DNA of 64,000 nt from Patescibacteria group bacterium (lineage in GTDB: Bacteria; Patescibacteriota; Patescibacteriia; JBDRGY01): NCBI GenBank assembly GCA_043817315.1, contig JBDRGY010000004.1, positions 64,797 to 128,796 on the forward strand, read 5' to 3'. Numbering within the stretch: the stretch's first letter is position 1; every line of letters starts with the position of its first letter. Position numbers and translations under genes: made by a program. The notes beneath the pieces were generated by a model. It made no database searches. It was not told where the DNA came from and was given only the letters and a program-made list of their open reading frames with translations. Positions 57,974-64,000 of this stretch are shown here, piece by piece.

Positions 57974-59839
57974 ATGATCGAAAGAATGGTAATGAATAGT
58001 GAGAGCCTCCAGGAGAAACTGCCGGATGTTTACAGAGAGTTTTTTTCTAAGTCAGAAGTTGTCTGTTCTACGTCTGGAAATTTTTACTGGGTAGGTGATC
58101 ACGCTGTAACTTATGGAGGGCTTAGTATCGTCCAAAAACTACCGCTTAGGGCCCGGGTAGGACTGGAGCCAACATCCGATAACAAAATAGTTTTCGGTGA
58201 TTGGCTTTTTTTAGTTCCTTCCAAGGGTATTTTTGAAAAAAAGGATATTGGCAGAACCATAGAAAGTAAAATATCCAAATTACTAAAACAGGAGATCGCC
58301 AGTAAAATTGGACAGGATAATTATACAGGTTTTAAAATCCATTGTTTGGTAGAGATACCAACTGAATGCGGCCTTCACTCATCAGGGGCTATTGCCTCCT
58401 CCATTGCTTTGGCAATATTTATAAAATTTGGCTTGGCCCGGGAAGAAGAAATTGCTCAATGGAAAAACATCAATTCCCGCCAACTGGCTTCCGATAAAAA
58501 GAATAAATTTGACGCGATTTTCCGTCTGGCCTGGAAGATAGAATCAGTTTTCCACGCTGATGCCTCTTCAGGACACGGCCCTTTTTCTTCACTATTGGAT
58601 TCTACTTATCCGGTAGTCTATTTTACTGAACCCAGATCGGGTGATTATGATGAGCATCCCTGGACTAGAATGCCCTCTAATCTAAAGGGAAATTATGACC
58701 TATTAGACGATATGCAGTACTGGGGTTATCGCATGAATGACATATTTGATCTAAAAAAGCTGGATTCCTGGCCCATTGAATTTGGCCTGATTTACAGCGG
58801 TGTCAGAAATAACACTTCAGCCATCATCCGATCCATGAGTGATCTTAAGGGTCGTCTGGAGGACATTTCTTCTAACATGAAGAATTTATTGGAAGAAAAT
58901 GCGGATCTTTCCAAAGTAAAGCCGATTCTTTATGACATGGTAGTTAAACAGGGGGGTTACGGCTATTGGAAAAGATGGGTGGAATCGCTGTCAATAATTT
59001 CTTCCAAAACCCTGATTTCTTTTATGGAACTTTTCAAGCAGGGTTCCACTGACCGTGTCTTAAAGAGCTTATTTGATTCTTTAAACCAGTATCATGAAAT
59101 GCTGCATTTATTTGAAGCCTCCAAGCCGTTTCTAGATAATTTATGCAATTCCCTGAGAAATTTCGGCCAGGAATATCTCGGTGAAACTATTGCCGCTAAA
59201 CTGACGGGTGCTGGTCGCGGCGGTGACGTACTATTTGCGGCTCCCTATGGCACCTTTTACGATTCTATCAGCAAATTGATGGTCAATTTAAAGAAAGACT
59301 GCGGTGAGGATATTTGGTTGGATTATGCTTCTTGGCGCGATGGAATAGGCGGTGAAGGCGGAACCGTCGATCAAGACCTGTCTCATAAGATTTATTCTGA
59401 CTTTGTTTCCGAAGGATCAGTTTTTATCAGAATCTGGGAAAACAATCATACCCCCAAGACAGAGGTAATAACCCTTGAAGAATTTGATAACCTAAAAGAA
59501 GAAATTGATTTGTTGGTGGATAAATCTGCCAATAAAGTCTATGTCAAAGGGGAGCTCCTGACCTCCAAAGAAATCCATTCATCCAAAGTAACAGTAGAAG
59601 TATTGGATATATTGTTAAAAAATATTTCTAAACAAGTACCGGCTTCTCAATTTCCCCCATCATCATACATTGATCGTAACGAGATGCAGTCCAAAATCGT
59701 GTCGCCATTAATCAACGTTATTAAGAAAAAAATGAATAAAACTCTGCCCCTGGTTATTCGCGGCGGCTTGCGCAAGAATTTCTATATGAAGATTGACCCC
59801 GATGATCTGACTATTGCTTTAATCGATAAAAAGTTCTAA
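57974..59839 (+). CDS. GHMP (mevalonate-kinase-like) domain fused to putative C-terminal winged HTH
   Basis: GDHAVTYGG, IP..CGLHSSGA, AKLTGAG.GG motifs; extra ~120 aa C-terminal domain. Confidence 0.75.
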   Translation: MIERMVMNSESLQEKLPDVYREFFSKSEVVCSTSGNFYWVGDHAVTYGGLSIVQKLPLRARVGLEPTSDNKIVFGDWLFLVPSKGIFEKKDIGRTIESKISKLLKQEIASKIGQDNYTGFKIHCLVEIPTECGLHSSGAIASSIALAIFIKFGLAREEEIAQWKNINSRQLASDKKNKFDAIFRLAWKIESVFHADASSGHGPFSSLLDSTYPVVYFTEPRSGDYDEHPWTRMPSNLKGNYDLLDDMQYWGYRMNDIFDLKKLDSWPIEFGLIYSGVRNNTSAIIRSMSDLKGRLEDISSNMKNLLEENADLSKVKPILYDMVVKQGGYGYWKRWVESLSIISSKTLISFMELFKQGSTDRVLKSLFDSLNQYHEMLHLFEASKPFLDNLCNSLRNFGQEYLGETIAAKLTGAGRGGDVLFAAPYGTFYDSISKLMVNLKKDCGEDIWLDYASWRDGIGGEGGTVDQDLSHKIYSDFVSEGSVFIRIWENNHTPKTEVITLEEFDNLKEEIDLLVDKSANKVYVKGELLTSKEIHSSKVTVEVLDILLKNISKQVPASQFPPSSYIDRNEMQSKIVSPLINVIKKKMNKTLPLVIRGGLRKNFYMKIDPDDLTIALIDKKF

Positions 59840-59861
59840 TTTAATTAAACTTTTCCCATAG

Positions 59862-59886
59862 AAACGGGCCTTTAGGTCCGTTTTTT
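59862..59886 (+). terminator. Intrinsic terminator
   Basis: AAACGGGCC-TTTA-GGTCCGTTT + T-run. Confidence 0.75.
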
Positions 59887-59971
59887 GATTTGTCTTTTCT
59901 TTTTTCCACTTCCGTCTCTATTTGTCCTTATGAGGTAAAGGGAGAATGAAACTGGTAATAATTTTTCTATT

Positions 59972-60199
59972 ATGATCAAACCAAAAGTCAATTTAGGTTC
60001 CAGGGTGTTGGTGGAGACAGTGGGGCGCCATTACCGTTTCCACATTGTTGATAGCCAGAAAGCTGATCCCACTAACGGTAAGATTTCCGGAGAATCGCCA
60101 ATAGGCCGTGCCCTGCTGGGCCACGGACGCCGGGAAAAGGTTAAAGTCAACCTGTTCAACGGGGAAACAGTTGATTATAAGATCGTCCGAGTCTATTAA
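59972..60199 (+). CDS. GreA/GreB C-terminal domain-only protein (second copy)
   Basis: V.LGS.V...IV....ADP..GKIS.ESPIGRALLG. Confidence 0.85.
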   Translation: MIKPKVNLGSRVLVETVGRHYRFHIVDSQKADPTNGKISGESPIGRALLGHGRREKVKVNLFNGETVDYKIVRVY

Positions 60200-60244
60200 A
60201 AACACCGGTTTTCAATATGTAGCTCTTTGAAAAAGGAGGTGAAA

Positions 60245-60367
60245 ATGCTGAATGGTTGTTTGCCGCAGTACTGCCAAAGGTGCGATTCCAGGCTATTGGG
60301 CATGGCTCCCTGTGTGGAGATCTGTCGCCATTGCCTAAAGAGGCTTAAAGATGCGGGGAGGTATTAA
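60245..60367 (+). CDS. 40-aa Cys-rich peptide (not in ORF track)
   Basis: MLNGCLPQYCQRCDSRLLGMAPCVEICRHCLKRLKDAGRY; boxA-like + AAGGAGGTG SD. Confidence 0.65.
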   Translation: MLNGCLPQYCQRCDSRLLGMAPCVEICRHCLKRLKDAGRY

Positions 60368-60368
60368 A

Positions 60369-60467
60369 ATGGCAGACCCAGGATTGGAAGAAATCGTGGA
60401 AGCGCTCTGGGAGACAGTGACCTTGCCGATCAAGATCATCTCCGAGATTCTTGGTGGCGATGAATAG
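60369..60467 (+). CDS. 32-aa acidic amphipathic peptide (not in ORF track)
   Basis: MADPGLEEIVEALWETVTLPIKIISEILGGDE; SD GGGGAGG, 1 nt after upstream stop. Confidence 0.55.
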   Translation: MADPGLEEIVEALWETVTLPIKIISEILGGDE

Positions 60468-60540
60468 TGTTCGCCTAGTGACGTAGATTGGGGACATGGG
60501 CCCTACCCATGTTGGGATAGCCACTGGAAAGGAGTTGGAA

Positions 60541-60717
60541 ATGGATTTTACCTTTACTCCCCCGGAGAACTGTAAACAATGCATCAGATTTTCCAGGGCT
60601 GATGGTAATGTTTGCCCCGACCAGTACAGTTGTCCCCACGAAGGTACAGACCCTGGTCGCATCGTTAAGCGGCCCAAACCGCCACCCGATCATATGGGAA
60701 TCTTTCGGGATTATTAA
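60541..60717 (+). CDS. 58-aa Cys-containing peptide
   Basis: AAGGAG SD; CKQC...CP...CPH. Confidence 0.55.
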   Translation: MDFTFTPPENCKQCIRFSRADGNVCPDQYSCPHEGTDPGRIVKRPKPPPDHMGIFRDY

Positions 60718-60736
60718 ACTCTGTAACCTGTGGATG

Positions 60737-60791
60737 GAGCTGTTCATCTCAACCAGAACTGAACAGCTGGCTTCTTTTTGGGCCAAGTTAC
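60737..60791 (+). repeat. Two-hairpin intergenic element, copy 1
   Basis: AGCTGTTCA/TGAACAGCT then TGGCTT/GGGCCA; homologous copy at 61120. Confidence 0.75.
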
Positions 60792-60821
60792 CGCTAAATC
60801 ACAATCCGAAAGGAGACGGAA

Positions 60822-61109
60822 ATGGAGAGCTACTCCGTAGAAGTCAGTCATGAATGGGGCATGTCTCACCCCTGGCACGGCGAGCCTGATCCTTGTCAGA
60901 TGTGCAGCAGGGGAGCCATGTTCGGTTGTGTCGGCTGCTACTACTATCATGAGAGGCGCGAGCCCAATCCCTACGAGCCCTGGCCCTATCCCAAGCCATA
61001 CGAACCTTATCCCAGGCCGTATGGCCCGGGTCCTTTTCCCGATTGGCGGGTGCCGCATTATGCCCAGCCGTTCGGGATGACGGTTTCCGCTGGAATGACC
61101 TGTTATTGA
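60822..61109 (+). CDS. 95-aa CxxC-CxxC + Pro/Tyr-repeat protein
   Basis: AAGGAG SD; CQMC...CVGC; PYEPWPYPKPYEPYPRPY. Confidence 0.65.
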   Translation: MESYSVEVSHEWGMSHPWHGEPDPCQMCSRGAMFGCVGCYYYHERREPNPYEPWPYPKPYEPYPRPYGPGPFPDWRVPHYAQPFGMTVSAGMTCY

Positions 61110-61119
61110 TCGATTTATA

Positions 61120-61175
61120 GAGCTGTTTACCTCAAGCAGAGCCAAACAGCTGGCTTGTAACTTGAGCCAAGTCAC
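61120..61175 (+). repeat. Two-hairpin intergenic element, copy 2
   Basis: AGCTGTTT/AAACAGCT then TGGCTT/GAGCCA. Confidence 0.75.
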
Positions 61176-61207
61176 TGACTAGCGGTAGTACTCTAAGGGA
61201 GGATAGA

Positions 61208-61507
61208 ATGGCTCCGACGGCTGCGGGCTTTGGTGGCCCGCTGGTTCCGGGAGGTCCGAGTGGTCCGATGAATCCTTATGATTCCGGACCGGTTTTCCAC
61301 CAGGCTGATCAGTTCGATTGTCACGTTGACGTTTTTGGAAACGTCGGTGTGATGGGACGCGATACGGCCTATATGGAGACTCCCAACTTCATCGTCGAGG
61401 ACACCTTCGTTGGCAGCTTCATGCAGGGTTCTCAGGCCTTCGATGACACCAGAGACCTGGAGATCATGGGTCCGGGTGCCAGACTTACCTCGATCACTCC
61501 GCTCTAG
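61208..61507 (+). CDS. 99-aa Gly/Pro-rich hypothetical protein
   Basis: AAGGGAGG SD; followed by terminator. Confidence 0.65.
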   Translation: MAPTAAGFGGPLVPGGPSGPMNPYDSGPVFHQADQFDCHVDVFGNVGVMGRDTAYMETPNFIVEDTFVGSFMQGSQAFDDTRDLEIMGPGARLTSITPL

Positions 61508-61523
61508 GGGTTTTCCGGGGTTC

Positions 61524-61554
61524 GGGGCAGCATCAATATGCTGCCCCTATTTTT
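61524..61554 (+). terminator. Intrinsic terminator
   Basis: GGGGCAGCAT/ATGCTGCCCC + ATTTTT. Confidence 0.8.
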
Positions 61555-61555
61555 A

Positions 61556-61583
61556 TTGACAAAATCGGGTTTTCTGGTATGAT
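61556..61583 (+). promoter_or_regulatory. rnpB promoter
   Basis: TTGACA-N16-TATGAT with extended -10 TG. Confidence 0.7.
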
Positions 61584-61590
61584 ACATTGT

Positions 61591-62071
61591 GCCCAAGTAG
61601 GCTGGATGATCGCCCCGCCCAATTCTTGAATCTTAACCTTTTAACGCTAGGATGCAGGAATTGGGCGGGGAGGAAAGTCCGAACACCCCCTGTATCGTAA
61701 GATGCGGGGAAGTAGACAGTCTGGAAATCAGACCGGGAGTAGATAAAGTTAGAAGTCCTATAGCCTTCTAGTTTTTTCAAAGCCCAGGGAAAGTGTCACA
61801 GAGACTACACTGCCGATGATCCCGTTCGGCTCTGCCGAGAGGGAAACAGGTGATGGTGAAAAGAGTGGGGTAAGAGCCCACAATCTGACCTGGTAACAGA
61901 TCAGAGCTGATAAACCCTGTCTGGTGCAAGACCGAATAGGCCCCTTGACCCAAAAGGGTCTACGGGGCGGGTAGGTCGCTTGACCCTTAAGTCCAGCTTG
62001 CTGGACCGGGGCTAGATAGATGATCGTCACCCCTTCGGGGTACAGAATTCGGCTTATAGGCCTGCTTGGGC
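61591..62071 (+). ncRNA. rnpB: RNase P RNA
   Basis: P1 GCCCAAGTAGGC/GCCTGCTTGGGC; P4 halves GAGGAAAGTCCGAAC and ACAGAATTCGGCTTAT; GGTAAGAGCCCAC, TAAACCC...GTGCAAG, AGATAGATGAT. Confidence 0.95.
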
Positions 62072-62085
62072 TAATTTGAGATTTT

Positions 62086-63477
62086 ATGAAAAAATCAGAA
62101 TTATTTTTCAGCGCCTTATTGGTGCCAGTTGATTACCTGATGATCGTACTGGCGGCTTTAGCTGCTTACGGTTTGCGGTTCGGATCTGCTTTTACCGACA
62201 TCATACCGGTAATCTACGAAATTCCCTTTCGGGAGTTTTTTAATATTGTGTTAATAGTAGCTGTTGGTTGGATAGCTATCTTCGCTCTGTCAGGCCTTTA
62301 CAACATGAGAGGCCAAAGAAAGAACTTCCAAGAGATTTCCAAGATATTTTTTGCTTGCTCGACAGCCATCATGGCGGTTATCATTTTTATATTTTTTCGA
62401 CGTGAGTTTTTTTCCTCTCGTTTTATAATTTTGTCTACCTGGTTTTTTAGCATCTTCTTTGTCAGCTTGGCTCACTTGATCATCAGGGCGATCCAGTCCG
62501 GATTTTATCGACGGGGGATCGGAATTCATCGACTTGTTGTGATCGGGCAAGATACTGTAGCTGAGGATTTTATCAAACAGATTTACCGCAAGCCCAATCT
62601 GGGACTAAAAATTGTGGAGCGCTATCCCCAGTTTGACGATAAGGTTAAGAATAGAATGAGGGAAATGGCCGAGGACGATAAAATCGATGAGGTTATTCTA
62701 GCTGATGCTAATATGGTCAAAGAAACAACTTTGGATTTGATCGACTTTTGTGATGAATACCATCTGGTCTTTAAATACGCCGCTGATCTTTTCGAAGCCC
62801 AAGCCACTAATCTGGAAGTGCAAACCATCGCCGGCATTCCCATAATTGAAATTAAGAAGACTTCTTTGGAGGGTTGGGGTAAGGTCAGCAAGAGAATGTT
62901 CGATATCTTCTTTTCGGTGATTATCGGATTGATCCTGTCACCAATTTTTCTTTTAATTGGAATAATCATCAAGATTGATTCCAAGGGTCCTATACTGGTA
63001 CAGCTACAGCGGGTCGGGAAGGGAGGTAAAGTGTTTACCCTTTATAAATTTCGCTCCATGATCAAAGATGCCCACTCTTTAAAAAAAGATTTATTGAGAT
63101 TTAACGAAAGAAGAGACGGGCCTTTATTTAAAATGAAACATGATCCTCGAATAACCAGGGTGGGGCGCTTTCTTCGCAAATCCAGTTTGGATGAATTTCC
63201 GCAACTGATCAATGTGATCAAGGGTCAGATGAGTATGGTGGGGCCACGTCCCCATGAGCCAGAAGAGGTGGCAAGATACGATAAGCATCATAAGAAGCTA
63301 CTGGCTATTAAACCGGGCTTGACCGGATTGGCCCAAGTATCAGGCCGTTCTGATTTAGGTTTCGAGCAAGAGGTAAAATTGGACACCTATTATATTGAAA
63401 ATTGGTCGGTCAGACTAGATCTGCAAATCATATTTAGAACTCCTTTTATATTAGTAATACCCAGGAAGGCTCCCTAA
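62086..63477 (+). CDS. Polyprenyl glycosylphosphotransferase (WcaJ/WbaP-like sugar transferase)
   Basis: N-terminal TMs; KR.FD, KFRSM, DPRITRVG.FLRK.SLDE.PQL.NV..G.MS.VGPRP. Confidence 0.93.
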   Translation: MKKSELFFSALLVPVDYLMIVLAALAAYGLRFGSAFTDIIPVIYEIPFREFFNIVLIVAVGWIAIFALSGLYNMRGQRKNFQEISKIFFACSTAIMAVIIFIFFRREFFSSRFIILSTWFFSIFFVSLAHLIIRAIQSGFYRRGIGIHRLVVIGQDTVAEDFIKQIYRKPNLGLKIVERYPQFDDKVKNRMREMAEDDKIDEVILADANMVKETTLDLIDFCDEYHLVFKYAADLFEAQATNLEVQTIAGIPIIEIKKTSLEGWGKVSKRMFDIFFSVIIGLILSPIFLLIGIIIKIDSKGPILVQLQRVGKGGKVFTLYKFRSMIKDAHSLKKDLLRFNERRDGPLFKMKHDPRITRVGRFLRKSSLDEFPQLINVIKGQMSMVGPRPHEPEEVARYDKHHKKLLAIKPGLTGLAQVSGRSDLGFEQEVKLDTYYIENWSVRLDLQIIFRTPFILVIPRKAP

Positions 63478-64000
63478 TGAAAGTCGCTTTACTTCATGAT
63501 CACCTCAATCAGATAGGGGGAGCGGAAAAAGTGTTGATGGCTTTCCATGAGCTTTTTCCTTCAGCCCCGGTTTTTACTCTGGTTTATGATGCCAAAAAAA
63601 CGGAAGGTTTTTTTTCTGATCTGGATATCAAGACTTCATTTATCCAAAGACTGCCTTTTGGCCAGTCACGCTTTAAGTGGTATCTGCCCTGGATGCCGGT
63701 GGCGGTTGAAAATTTCGATTTGTCAGAATATGATCTGGTTTTGTCCGACTGCTCGGCATTGATCAAAGGAGTAGTAACCAAATCAAACGCCCTGCACATC
63801 TGTTATTGTCATACTCCAACTCGCTACTTATGGAGTGATACCCATCAGTATACTGAAGAGTTAAACCAACCAATCCTGGTCAAGAAGATATTACCTTTCT
63901 ACTTAAAGAAATTAAGAATGTGGGATCGCCTGGCTGCCGAGCGTGTCGACAAGTACATTGCCAATTCACAGTTTGTTAAAGACAGAATAAAAAAATATTA
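63477..64000 (+). CDS. GT4 glycosyltransferase, truncated by window end
   Basis: MKVALLHDHLNQIGGAEKV..., CYCHTPTRYLW, ANS; no stop before end. Confidence 0.88.
   Translation, partial: MKVALLHDHLNQIGGAEKVLMAFHELFPSAPVFTLVYDAKKTEGFFSDLDIKTSFIQRLPFGQSRFKWYLPWMPVAVENFDLSEYDLVLSDCSALIKGVVTKSNALHICYCHTPTRYLWSDTHQYTEELNQPILVKKILPFYLKKLRMWDRLAAERVDKYIANSQFVKDRIKKY

Noticed and set aside
60737-61175. CRISPR array or hammerhead ribozyme
   Set aside because: Only two copies separated by a ~330-nt ORF-containing spacer, no cas genes, and no CUGANGA/GAAA core on either strand.
61553-62030. ORFs 61553-61780 and 61758-62030 (- strand)
   Set aside because: The region is explained by RNase P RNA on the + strand.
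1-64000. Minus-strand and nested alternative-frame ORFs in the ORF track
   Set aside because: They overlap well-supported + strand genes or rnpB, lack recognisable motifs, and look like antisense shadows.
1-64000. Alternative genetic code (TGA=Gly), prophage, tRNA or rRNA genes
   Set aside because: TGA terminates intact genes (e.g. 12592, 16977, 19094). No phage hallmark genes, tRNA cloverleaves with T-loop consensus or rRNA sequence were recognised.

Overview
64 kb of a bacterial chromosome with essentially every credible gene on the + strand. Gene content and style point to a Patescibacteria (CPR, Parcubacteria/ABY1-like) genome using code 11. The evidence is tight overlaps, AT-rich SD-less or leaderless starts, many single-TM Asn-linker surface proteins, pilin arrays, a group 3b-related NiFe hydrogenase and fermentative lower glycolysis; the taxonomy is inference. 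In order, the window holds: murA plus a B12-binding radical SAM gene; a membrane-anchored alpha-2-macroglobulin with a Hint (intein-like) domain in its bait region; MEMO/ssb/GreA-C/four-helix-bundle genes; two repeat-led foreign-looking cassettes (lipoprotein, M23 peptidase); a ~10 kb locus with three kinase-less 7TM receptors, SDR, PaaK-like ligase, Rv1355c-type ThiF enzyme, a 7TM-GAF-GAF histidine kinase and a receiver (best candidate for an undescribed small-molecule signalling system); a hydrogenase operon interrupted by a serpin and surface proteins; pgk-eno-gpmI-gpmI-pfkB-pduL-ackA; a 2-oxoacid:ferredoxin oxidoreductase operon interrupted by five pilins; recJ; RNase HI; a GHMP-kinase-like/wHTH protein; a cluster of tiny Cys/Pro-rich ORFs separated by a repeated two-hairpin element; RNase P RNA; and the start of a polysaccharide locus. 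All calls come from motif reading only, with no database searches.
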